Shown piece after piece: positions 55,773 to 64,000 of a DNA stretch of 64,000 nt; positions within the stretch are counted from its first letter, which is position 1, and each line of letters opens with the position of its first letter. Below the pieces are notes generated by a model, which was not told the DNA's origin, ran no database searches, and saw only the letters and a program-made list of their open reading frames with translations. The stretch is from Bacteroidota bacterium. GTDB lineage: Bacteria > Bacteroidota > Bacteroidia > Bacteroidales > UBA12077. Made by a program: the position numbers and the translations under genes. Location of the stretch: contig JAHLLG010000001.1 of the NCBI GenBank assembly GCA_020444275.1, positions 583,773-647,772 of the forward strand, read 5' to 3'.

Positions 55773-58391
55773 TTATTGTATAAGCTCTTTAACCTTTTCA
55801 ATAGCAGCTTCAATGCCTTCCGGATTTTTCCCTCCGGCAGTTGCGTAAAATGGCTGTCCGCCTCCGCCACCCTGGATTTCTTTTGCGGCTTCGCGTATGA
55901 TTTGTGATGCATTCCAGCCTTTATCTTTCACCAACGACTCGGAAATCATAATAGATAAATTCGCTTTTTGATTTATCTCAGCGCCTAAAACTAAAACCAG
56001 ATTGTCTATTTCATTCTTCATTTGAAAAGCCAAATCCTTAATTGCACCGGCAGAATTCAATCCAACTTTATATCCAATAAAATGAACACCATTAATTTCC
56101 TGAATCTGTTCTTTCAAGTGCTTCTTAATTGCTTGCGCCTGTTCTTTGGTCATTTCATCAATCTGCTTATTAAGATTAGCAATTTCATCAAACAACGATT
56201 TTACGCTATCAACAATATTTTTAGGATTTTTAAATAACGATTTCACCTCATTTAATTCCTGCATTTGGTTAAAAACATACTCAACAACCTTTTCGCCTGT
56301 TATGGCTTCAATTCTTCGAATACCTGCAGCAATTGATCCTTCACTCATAATTTTGAAAAAACCGATCTGGCCTGTGTGCGACACATGTGTTCCACCACAC
56401 AATTCAACCGAATCATCAAACTTGATAACACGCACTGTGTCACCATATTTTTCGCCAAATAGTGCAATAGCTCCCATGTCCGATGCAGCTTTCATCGGAA
56501 TATTCCTATGTTCGTCAACCGTAATGTTTTGTCTTATCTTTTCATTTACCAGTATCTCAATCTCTCTGATTTCTTCATCGGTTAATTTCTGGAAATGACT
56601 GAAATCAAAGCGTAAATAATCAGGATGAACCAATGATCCTTTCTGCTCAACGTGCTCGCCCAGCACTTTTCGCAATGCATTATGCAGCAAGTGGGTTGCG
56701 GTATGGTTATTTGCTGTGGCTACTCTTTTACCTGTGTCAACTACAGCTTTAAACGTAGCTTTTGGATCAATGGGTAATTTATCTGTAATATGAATATTCA
56801 GGTTATTTTCCTTAATCGTATTTAGAATACGAACTTTCTCTCCATTGGCTTCAATATAACCCTGATCCCCAACTTGTCCACCACTTTCGGCATAAAATGG
56901 AGAAATGTTAAATACAAGCTGATAAAGTTCTTTTTTCTTTTGCTTTACCTTTCTATATCGTGTTATTTTTACTTCAGTTTCTAAATAGTCATAACCTACA
57001 AATTCTTCAACATCATCTTTTAAAAGCTCCACCCAGTCTTCCGTATCAATAGTTGCTGCACTTCTTGATCTGTTCTTCTGGTTTTCCATTTCTTCTTCAA
57101 ACTCCTTTTTATTAACAGCCAGATCGTTTTCACGTGCAATCAATTCGGTTAAGTCGAAAGGGAAACCATAGGTGTCGTAAAGTTCAAATGCAACTTTGCC
57201 GGGTATAACATTGTATTCTTGCTCTTTTGTGTTTTTTATGATTTTATCGAGTAAACGAATTCCTGTTTCCAGTGTTTTTAAGAATGATGTTTCCTCTTCC
57301 AGAATTACCTTTTCAATCAGCTCACGTTGATTGACTAATTCAGGATATGCCTCACCTAAAACATCAATAAGTACAGGTAACAGTTTGTACATGAAAGGAT
57401 CATTAAAGTTTAGGAAAGTATATCCATAACGCACTGCTCGACGTAAAATTCTCCGGATAACATATCCTGCTTTTACATTCGAAGGTAGCTGTCCATCGGC
57501 TATCGAAAAACTAATAGCTCTTAGGTGATCAGAAATAACTCGCATCGCAATATCTGCCTGCTCATTATTACCATACGTTTTACCACATGCTTTTGCAATA
57601 GCTTGGATTAAAGGTTGAAAAACATCGGTATCGTAGTTCGACTGCTTGCCTTGCAATACCATACAAAGTCGTTCAAAACCCATTCCTGTATCTACGTGCT
57701 TGTTAGGCAATAAAATTAATGAACCATTTGCTTTTCTATTATATTGTATAAATACAAGGTTCCAGATTTCAATTACCAATGGGTGATCTTGATTTACCAA
57801 TTTATCACCTGATAACTTTGTACGTTCTTCTTCACTTCTTAAATCAACATGCACTTCTGAACAGGGGCCGCATGGTCCTGTATCGCCCATTTCCCAGAAA
57901 TTATCTTTTTTCGATCCATGTAAAATACGGTCTTGAGGCAAGAATTTTTCCCAGTGTTTTTTTGCTTCATTGTCAAGTTCTAAATTATCTTCTTTGCTAC
58001 CTTCAAAAACTGTAGCATAAAGTCGATCCGGATCAATTCCCATCTCCTTTACAAGGAATTCATATGCCCATTCAATGGCTTCTTTTTTAAAGTAATCACC
58101 AAAGGACCAGTTGCCCAACATTTCAAACATGGTATGATGATAGGTGTCATGACCAACTTCTTCCAGGTCGTTATGTTTACCCGATACTCTCAAACATTTT
58201 TGTGAATCGGCTACTCTGGCATTTTGGGCAGAACTATTTCCTAAGAAAATATCTTTAAATTGATTCATCCCTGCATTAGTAAACATAAGGGTTGGATCGT
58301 TTTTAATTACCATTGGAGCTGATGGCACTATAGCGTGTTGTTTTGTTTCAAAAAAGCTTAAAAACTTACTTCTGATTTCTTTCGAATTCAT
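55773..58391 (-). CDS. alaS: Alanine-tRNA ligase
   Basis: 872 aa. N-terminus ..IR..FL.FF....H..V.S.P.......L.F.NAGM..FK..FLG, editing-domain HxxxH/CGGTHV and a C-terminal DHHA1-like region. Unmistakable AlaRS. Confidence 0.97.
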   Translation of the reverse strand: MNSKEIRSKFLSFFETKQHAIVPSAPMVIKNDPTLMFTNAGMNQFKDIFLGNSSAQNARVADSQKCLRVSGKHNDLEEVGHDTYHHTMFEMLGNWSFGDYFKKEAIEWAYEFLVKEMGIDPDRLYATVFEGSKEDNLELDNEAKKHWEKFLPQDRILHGSKKDNFWEMGDTGPCGPCSEVHVDLRSEEERTKLSGDKLVNQDHPLVIEIWNLVFIQYNRKANGSLILLPNKHVDTGMGFERLCMVLQGKQSNYDTDVFQPLIQAIAKACGKTYGNNEQADIAMRVISDHLRAISFSIADGQLPSNVKAGYVIRRILRRAVRYGYTFLNFNDPFMYKLLPVLIDVLGEAYPELVNQRELIEKVILEEETSFLKTLETGIRLLDKIIKNTKEQEYNVIPGKVAFELYDTYGFPFDLTELIARENDLAVNKKEFEEEMENQKNRSRSAATIDTEDWVELLKDDVEEFVGYDYLETEVKITRYRKVKQKKKELYQLVFNISPFYAESGGQVGDQGYIEANGEKVRILNTIKENNLNIHITDKLPIDPKATFKAVVDTGKRVATANNHTATHLLHNALRKVLGEHVEQKGSLVHPDYLRFDFSHFQKLTDEEIREIEILVNEKIRQNITVDEHRNIPMKAASDMGAIALFGEKYGDTVRVIKFDDSVELCGGTHVSHTGQIGFFKIMSEGSIAAGIRRIEAITGEKVVEYVFNQMQELNEVKSLFKNPKNIVDSVKSLFDEIANLNKQIDEMTKEQAQAIKKHLKEQIQEINGVHFIGYKVGLNSAGAIKDLAFQMKNEIDNLVLVLGAEINQKANLSIMISESLVKDKGWNASQIIREAAKEIQGGGGGQPFYATAGGKNPEGIEAAIEKVKELIQ

Positions 58392-58487
58392 AAAAACCTA
58401 TTTTAAAAACAGTTAAAAGTTATTATTTAAAATATAAAATAAGATTGTTTTTATATTTTCAGGCTTGTAAAATTAATTTATTTAAGT

Positions 58488-58495
58488 TAGATTTG
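58488..58495 (+). promoter_or_regulatory. Candidate -7 box TAGATTTG
   Basis: Matches TAnnTTTG, 47 nt upstream of the ATG at 58542. A CTTG lies about 21 nt further upstream. Motif match only. Confidence 0.3.
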
Positions 58496-58541
58496 TCGCT
58501 AACGTTGTGTTTTTTTTAATATATAGATTAAGTTTATTAAT

Positions 58542-59513
58542 ATGCCTAAGATCAAATACCATTTTGATTCGAAAACGCTTACATTTAAAAAAGTTAAACT
58601 TGTATGGAAAGAAAAGGTTAAAAGAATATTAGCTTTTCTTTTAGTTACAGGTTCTACAGCTGTTTTAATTAATTTTGTATTTACCTCTTTTTATAAAACA
58701 CCAAAGGAAATTAATCTTGAAGAAGAAAGAGAGGTACTTTTATCAAAATATGACGGATTAAATAACCGACTTGGTGAACTAAACTTAATCATTGATGACA
58801 TACAGCAAAGAGACGATTATTTTTACCGATCAATCTTCGAATTAGAACCTATTCCTCCAACCGTTAGAGAAGCGGGTTTTGGTGGTACAAATCGTTATTT
58901 AGATCTGGAAGGATACGAAAACTCTGAAGTGATTATTGGTACAGCTAAGAAATTAGATGTGATTTCAAAGAAGATTTATGTTCAGTCTAAATCGTTTGAT
59001 ACGGTTATAGAACTTGCCAGAAATAAAGAAAAGATGATTGCCAGTATACCGGCAATTCAGCCTGTTGCTTTAAAGGATTTTACCAGGATAAGCGATTATT
59101 TTGGTGTTCGAAATGATCCGTTTACCGGAAAGAAACGTATGCATTATGGTATGGACTTTACAGGACCTGAGGGATCTGATATATTCGTTACCGGCGATGG
59201 AGTTGTCATTGAAGCCGGATATTCTATTTACGGATATGGTAACCGGGTAGTGATAGATCATGGTTATGGATATAAAACTATCTATGCACATCTTGAAAAA
59301 GTTCTTGTAGATGAGGGACAAAAAGTTAAACGTGGAGATGTGCTTGGAACATTAGGTAATACAGGGCGATCTACAGGAGCTCATTTGCATTACGAAATAA
59401 AACTAAACAGAAGACCAGTTAACCCAATTAACTACTATTTTAATGATATTAGTGAAGAAGAGTATGAATTAATGGTTGAAGCTTGCTCAAAAAGACGTAC
59501 TCCAATGGATTAG
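58542..59513 (+). CDS. M23 family metallopeptidase with N-terminal membrane anchor, copy 1
   Basis: TM helix near the N-terminus, coiled region. HYGMDF (HxxxD) and GAHLHYEI (HxH) catalytic motifs. Confidence 0.85.
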   Translation: MPKIKYHFDSKTLTFKKVKLVWKEKVKRILAFLLVTGSTAVLINFVFTSFYKTPKEINLEEEREVLLSKYDGLNNRLGELNLIIDDIQQRDDYFYRSIFELEPIPPTVREAGFGGTNRYLDLEGYENSEVIIGTAKKLDVISKKIYVQSKSFDTVIELARNKEKMIASIPAIQPVALKDFTRISDYFGVRNDPFTGKKRMHYGMDFTGPEGSDIFVTGDGVVIEAGYSIYGYGNRVVIDHGYGYKTIYAHLEKVLVDEGQKVKRGDVLGTLGNTGRSTGAHLHYEIKLNRRPVNPINYYFNDISEEEYELMVEACSKRRTPMD

Positions 59514-59529
59514 TTTTAAAATAATTCCT

Positions 59530-59537
59530 TATATTTG
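59530..59537 (+). promoter_or_regulatory. Candidate -7 box TATATTTG
   Basis: Matches TAnnTTTG, 21 nt upstream of the ATG at 59558. Motif match only. Confidence 0.3.
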
Positions 59538-59557
59538 ACCCGTAAATAACTGTATTT

Positions 59558-60529
59558 ATGGCGAAAGTAAAGTATAAATTTGATCACAACTCACTTAAAT
59601 ACGATAAAATTGTCTTAACCGGAAAACAAAAGTTTTATCGATTTCTTACTTACTTTACTGCTACACTTCTTATTGCTGTTATATATAATGTGATATTTGT
59701 TGTATTTTTTGATACTCCAAAAGAGAAGGGGCTCATTAGAGAAAATCAACAATTAGCAACACAGTATAAGATTCTGAACAATCGTTTTGATTTAATTGAA
59801 AAGACCCTTGAAGATTTACAAAAGCGTGATGACAATATTTATCGTGTAATTTTTGAAGCAGAGCCTATCCCACCTTCAGTTAGATCTGCTGGTTTTGGAG
59901 GAACAAACAGATATTTAGATCTTCAAGGATATAAAAACTCCGATTTGGTTATTGAAACAGCTCAGCGCCTGGATAGAATTACTAAAAAATTATATGTACA
60001 GTCAAAATCGTACGACGAAGTTATTGAGTTGGCAAAGAATAAAGAGCGAATGGTTGCTTGTGTGCCGGCAATTATGCCTATATCAAATAAAGATTTAAGA
60101 AGAACTGCTTCTGGTTGGGGATGGAGAATTCATCCGATATATAAGATTAGAAAATTTCATTATGGAATGGATTTTACTGCACCTACCGGAACAGAAGTTT
60201 ATGCTACGGGTGATGGAGTTGTTGAAATTGTAGAAAACTCTTTAAGAGGTTATGGTAAAAGGATTATCATTGATCACGGTTTTGGTTATAAAACATTGTA
60301 TGCACATTTGAACGGGTTTAATGTACGACGTGGACAAAAAGTAAAACGAGGTGAAGTGATAGGTTTTGTTGGATCAACGGGAACTTCTACAGCGCCACAT
60401 CTGCATTATGAAGTACTGAAAAATAACAAGAAAGTAAATCCTGTACACTACTATTTTAATGATTTAACACCAGAAGAGTTTGATAAGATGATTTTTATTT
60501 CATCAAATAGTGGACAGTCATTTGATTAA
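59558..60529 (+). CDS. M23 family metallopeptidase with N-terminal membrane anchor, copy 2
   Basis: Same length (323 aa) and collinear with copy 1. HYGMDF and APHLHYEV motifs intact. Confidence 0.85.
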   Translation: MAKVKYKFDHNSLKYDKIVLTGKQKFYRFLTYFTATLLIAVIYNVIFVVFFDTPKEKGLIRENQQLATQYKILNNRFDLIEKTLEDLQKRDDNIYRVIFEAEPIPPSVRSAGFGGTNRYLDLQGYKNSDLVIETAQRLDRITKKLYVQSKSYDEVIELAKNKERMVACVPAIMPISNKDLRRTASGWGWRIHPIYKIRKFHYGMDFTAPTGTEVYATGDGVVEIVENSLRGYGKRIIIDHGFGYKTLYAHLNGFNVRRGQKVKRGEVIGFVGSTGTSTAPHLHYEVLKNNKKVNPVHYYFNDLTPEEFDKMIFISSNSGQSFD

Positions 60530-60539
60530 AATACTTTAC

Positions 60540-62054
60540 ATGAAAATATTAACATTCATACTTTTTCCCCTGTTCTTGGGGAATTTTTTTTACACTCAGG
60601 CACAATCTGATACTACAAAACAAGTGCTTGCCCATTCTGTTAAGGCGATTAATGCTTCAATAGAACAACCAGATACTTGCACATATCCGCTTATTCAAAC
60701 ATTTTTGGGTAACTGGCAAAGAAATTATTATGGCGAAAATGCGCCAGATACTTTAGGGCTGGTTTGGAAGCATTATCTGGGTAAAGGAGAAACAGTAATA
60801 TCCCGGCGAATTGGAACAAAACTCTGGGCAGGTGCAGGCTGGACAGGTCAGCCACTTTTGGTTAAAGAAAAGGACAGCCTTTATTTAATACAAGGTGCTT
60901 ATGATCATCATTTGAAAAAGATTAATGCAGAGACCGGCGAGTTAATTTGGCAATATCAGTTCGACGATGTAATTAAAGGAACAGGAACAATATGGGTAAA
61001 TCATCATGCCGATGAACCGGAAAACCGGATAGTAATACTGCAGGGAAGCAGATTGGGTGTTGGTAATTATTTAGATACAAAACATATTCCAAGCTATAGA
61101 GCTATTTCATATTTTACCGGTAAGGAATTGTGGCGTATGGATCAGAAGTGGACACACAGCTATTCAAGAGATGTTGACGGATCGGCACTAATTTTAAACG
61201 ATACAGCCTATTTAGGTCTGGAGAATTCTTACTTTACTGTTTTTGATCCGGATTATAAAAATGGTAGAATGATTAATGGAATGTTCCAACCCAAAATAAT
61301 TCAGGAACGAAAGCTATATACAATGGATGATGTATATAAGCATAAAAATAATGTGGTTACAGAATCGTCTCCATCATTATTGAATCATCGGATTTATGTT
61401 GCTTCTGGTGCTGGCCATGTTTGGGGATATAATCTTAAAAAGAGAGAACTTGACTGGGATTTCTATATCGGATCAGACATGGATGGTTCTGCAATAGTTA
61501 CCAAGGATAGTTGTCTACTTGTGTCTGTTGAAAAGCAATATATTAAAGGTAAAGGTGGAGCTTTTAAGTTAAATCCATCCCGTGATCCTGAACATGCTGT
61601 ACTGTGGTATTTTCCGGTTGAGGATAATGATTTCGCAGGTTGGGAAGGAGGCATCATTGGTTCAATTGGTATTAGTGATAGCTATATTGATGAAAACCAA
61701 ACCCATTTGGCTGCCTTTGTCGGAATCGACAAGTATTTATATGTAGTTGATCATCGAAGAATTGATTCCACTGAACAAGTGCTTGGACCCGATAGTATAG
61801 CAGTATATAACAAACCAAACCTTATATTTAAATATAAAACCGGGCCATCTATTTCTACTCCAGTATTTGTCGATAATAAATTAATTGTAGCAGGGTATTG
61901 GGGAGTTTATCTTTTCGAATACGATGAGAATAATCATTTTAAATTATTAGATAAAAGAAATGGCTCATTTGAGTCAACACCAATTGTTTGGGCAGGGAAA
62001 GTATATATTGCCTCTCGCGATGGTTATTTATATTGTTTTGGATTCAAGAATTAA
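60540..62054 (+). CDS. Secreted PQQ-like / BamB-like beta-propeller repeat protein
   Basis: Signal peptide MKILTFILFPLFLGNFFYTQAQ (ORF opens at 60510). Repeated ..G.LIW.Y......G.. and ..DG.LYCF.. blade-like units. Confidence 0.55.
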   Translation: MKILTFILFPLFLGNFFYTQAQSDTTKQVLAHSVKAINASIEQPDTCTYPLIQTFLGNWQRNYYGENAPDTLGLVWKHYLGKGETVISRRIGTKLWAGAGWTGQPLLVKEKDSLYLIQGAYDHHLKKINAETGELIWQYQFDDVIKGTGTIWVNHHADEPENRIVILQGSRLGVGNYLDTKHIPSYRAISYFTGKELWRMDQKWTHSYSRDVDGSALILNDTAYLGLENSYFTVFDPDYKNGRMINGMFQPKIIQERKLYTMDDVYKHKNNVVTESSPSLLNHRIYVASGAGHVWGYNLKKRELDWDFYIGSDMDGSAIVTKDSCLLVSVEKQYIKGKGGAFKLNPSRDPEHAVLWYFPVEDNDFAGWEGGIIGSIGISDSYIDENQTHLAAFVGIDKYLYVVDHRRIDSTEQVLGPDSIAVYNKPNLIFKYKTGPSISTPVFVDNKLIVAGYWGVYLFEYDENNHFKLLDKRNGSFESTPIVWAGKVYIASRDGYLYCFGFKN

Positions 62055-62117
62055 CTTGGTTTAAACCATTTTATTTTTTAATTTTAGAGGTTAATCCATT
62101 GTAAAATAGAATTTATT

Positions 62118-62453
62118 ATGCCCTATAAAGAAAAGCGCGTTGAGAAACTATATTATAGTATAGGCGAAGTTGCGGAGATGTTTAATGTGAACACCTCACT
62201 CGTTAGATACTGGGAAAAAGAGTTTGATGTAATCAAACCTAAAAAAAATAAGAAAGGAAACAGATATTTTACCATCGAGGATATTGAAAACTTTCATATA
62301 ATTTACTACTTGGTTAAAGAGCTTGGTTTAACGCTCAAAGGGGCCAAGAAGAAACTCAAGGAAAACAAGGAGGGGACAAAGAATAATTTTGAAGTGGTGA
62401 AATCCCTGAAGGAGATAAAATCACTACTTTTGGAAATACGTGAGGATCTTTAA
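62118..62453 (+). CDS. MerR family transcriptional regulator (short)
   Basis: YSIGEVAEMFNVNTSLVRYWEKEF is the MerR-type wHTH N-terminus. 111 aa. Confidence 0.8.
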   Translation: MPYKEKRVEKLYYSIGEVAEMFNVNTSLVRYWEKEFDVIKPKKNKKGNRYFTIEDIENFHIIYYLVKELGLTLKGAKKKLKENKEGTKNNFEVVKSLKEIKSLLLEIREDL

Positions 62454-62467
62454 TCTCACGTTTTTTA
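62438..62467 (+). terminator. Hairpin overlapping the MerR stop codon (terminator/attenuator)
   Basis: ACGUGAG-10 nt-CUCACGU followed by U6. Confidence 0.45.
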
Positions 62468-62495
62468 TATACTATCAATCCTAATTTTTTAGATT

Positions 62496-63590
62496 ATGAA
62501 ACTAAAAGAACTTACTTCTTATATAGAATCAGTTGTGCCATTGGCATTTCAGGAAGATTATGATAATGCTGGTTTGATTGTTGGCAATCCTGATATGGAA
62601 TTAACGGGAACAATCCTTACTGTAGATGTTACAGAAGATGTTGTTGATGAAGCTGTTCAAAAAGGTGCAAATTTAATTCTTGCTCATCATCCAATTGTGT
62701 TTGCAGGATTAAAAAAGATTACCGGGAAGAATTATATTGAAAGAATAATTATTAAAGCGATAAAGAATGATATTGCAATTTATGCAGCACACACGAATTT
62801 AGATAGTATTTGGGGTGGTGTTAGCCATAAAATAGCCGATAAAATAGGTCTTGAAAATCAGAAGATATTAGCTCCAGCAACTAACCATCTTATGAAGTTA
62901 GTATACTTTGTTCCGACAGCACAGGCCGATGATACCCGCAAGGCTGTTTTTGAAGCAGGAGCCGGACATATAGGCGAGTACGATATGTGTAGTTATAACC
63001 TGGAAGGGAAAGGATCATTCCGGCCAGGCGAAAGCACCAATCCATTTGTTGGTAGTAAAGGCGAAATACACTTTGAAAATGAAACAAGGATAGAAACGAT
63101 CTTTCCAAAGCATCTGAAAAACAAGATTATAAGTGCTTTAATAAAATCTCATCCATACGAAGAGGTGGCATATGATATTTACCCGTTGGAAAATGCATAC
63201 GATAAAGCAGGATTTGGGGTCGTAGGCGAATTAGAGAAAGAGATTGATGAGATAGATTTTCTAAAAAAGTTAAAAAACATTTTTTCAGCTCAATGTGTTA
63301 GATACACAAGACTATTGAACAAACCAATTAAAAAAGTTGCAGTTTGTGGTGGTAGTGGTAGCTTTTTATTAAAAAATGCAATTCGTGAAAAGGCAGATGT
63401 TTTTGTGTCGGGTGATTTTAAATATCACCAATTTTTCGATGCTGAAGGGAAAATTGTAATTGCAGATATTGGGCATTTTGAAACAGAACAAATTACAAAA
63501 GAACTTTTTTATGAATTACTTACAAAAAAATTCCCTAAATTTGCAGTTCATTTGACAGAAATAAATTCGAATCCGATAAATTATTTATAA
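62496..63590 (+). CDS. Nif3-like dinuclear metal centre protein (YqfO/YbgI family, long form with PII-like insert)
   Basis: ..A.ED.DN.GL.VG.........L...D.T..V..EA...GA.LI..HHP..F..LK.I.......AHTNLD....G is the family signature. C-terminal ..GD.KYH.. block. Confidence 0.85.
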   Translation: MKLKELTSYIESVVPLAFQEDYDNAGLIVGNPDMELTGTILTVDVTEDVVDEAVQKGANLILAHHPIVFAGLKKITGKNYIERIIIKAIKNDIAIYAAHTNLDSIWGGVSHKIADKIGLENQKILAPATNHLMKLVYFVPTAQADDTRKAVFEAGAGHIGEYDMCSYNLEGKGSFRPGESTNPFVGSKGEIHFENETRIETIFPKHLKNKIISALIKSHPYEEVAYDIYPLENAYDKAGFGVVGELEKEIDEIDFLKKLKNIFSAQCVRYTRLLNKPIKKVAVCGGSGSFLLKNAIREKADVFVSGDFKYHQFFDAEGKIVIADIGHFETEQITKELFYELLTKKFPKFAVHLTEINSNPINYL

Positions 63591-63594
63591 AAAA

Positions 63595-64000
63595 ATGGCT
63601 AAAGTAAAGGAAAACACAGACTTAACTGTTGAGGAAAAATTAAAAGCTTTGTTTGAACTACAGATGGTAGATTCAAAGATTGATGATATAAAAAGATTAC
63701 GTGGAGAGCTTCCTCTTGAGGTTCAGGATTTGGAAGATGAAATTGAAGGGTTACAAACTCGAATTCAGAATTACGAAGAAGATCTAGTTAAGCTTGAGGA
63801 ATCGATAAGTAATAAAAAGAATGAGATTAAAGAAGCACAAGCTTTAATTAAGAAGTATACTGAGCAACAAAATAATGTTCGTAACAACCGTGAGTTTGAT
63901 TCTTTATCAAAGGAAATTGAATATCAAACACTGGAAATTGAGTTGTGCGAAAAAAGAATTAAAGAGTACACTGCAAAAATTGAGGAGAAGAAAGCTGTTA
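63595..64000 (+). CDS. Coiled-coil / C4 zinc-ribbon (DUF164-like) protein, 3' truncated by window edge
   Basis: ATG at 63595, open to the window end: MAKVKENTDLTVEEKLKALFELQMVDSKIDDIKRLRGELPLEVQDLEDEI... This family commonly follows nif3. It is not in the supplied ORF track. Confidence 0.55.
   Translation, partial: MAKVKENTDLTVEEKLKALFELQMVDSKIDDIKRLRGELPLEVQDLEDEIEGLQTRIQNYEEDLVKLEESISNKKNEIKEAQALIKKYTEQQNNVRNNREFDSLSKEIEYQTLEIELCEKRIKEYTAKIEEKKAV

Noticed and set aside
1-64000. Searched for CRISPR arrays, tRNA/rRNA/tmRNA genes, transposases, integrases, phage genes and toxin-antitoxin pairs.
   Set aside because: No regularly spaced direct repeats were seen. No non-coding stretch is long enough and GC-rich enough to look like a structured RNA gene. 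No ORF has recombinase, transposase or phage hallmarks. The only scar-like signal is the EamA 3' duplication, reported separately.

Overview
AT-rich, gene-dense chromosomal window with about 60 CDS. It looks like a Bacteroidota genome: TAnnTTTG-type -7 boxes, a DUF5103/T9SS-plug-like gene, TPR+PD40 paralogues, a LytS/LytTR pair, and many signal peptides ending in ..AQ/..SQ. I found no rRNA, tRNA, CRISPR array, transposase or integrase. Most genes are housekeeping: alaS, recR, holA, msrB, gmhB, pgeF, a 2-oxoacid dehydrogenase E2, MscS, NhaC, SulP, an SSS symporter and an acyl-CoA ligase. Four regions stand out. (1) 1-7439 holds the 3' part of an operon ordered like echBCDEF. Its large subunit lacks all four NiFe cysteines and the complex-I quinone-site residues. 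Its NuoB-like subunit has CG instead of the tandem CC. Its 2x[4Fe-4S] subunit is fused to a GltD/PreT-like NAD(P)H flavoprotein. A DHOD-like protein without the catalytic Cys/Ser follows, then a CBS protein and a second DHOD-like paralogue. This is my best candidate for an undescribed energy-converting oxidoreductase. (2) 41812-47855 is a signalling island: a four-PAS hybrid kinase, a REC-PAS-LuxR regulator with a degenerate receiver, three stand-alone receivers and a divergent CheW-like protein. No CheA, MCP or Hpt is present. A 12-mer (ACGTATTTATAC) occurs three times in its intergenic DNA, and there is an orphan terminator. (3) A single secreted-protein gene is bracketed by a roughly 140-nt direct duplication of the 3' end of an EamA transporter gene. 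(4) The SulP permease is split by a 1-nt deletion in a T tract. Smaller observations cover a triple TPR-PD40 paralogue array, tandem M23 peptidases and a REP-like hairpin. All calls come from reading the sequence and ORF translations by eye. No searches were run.
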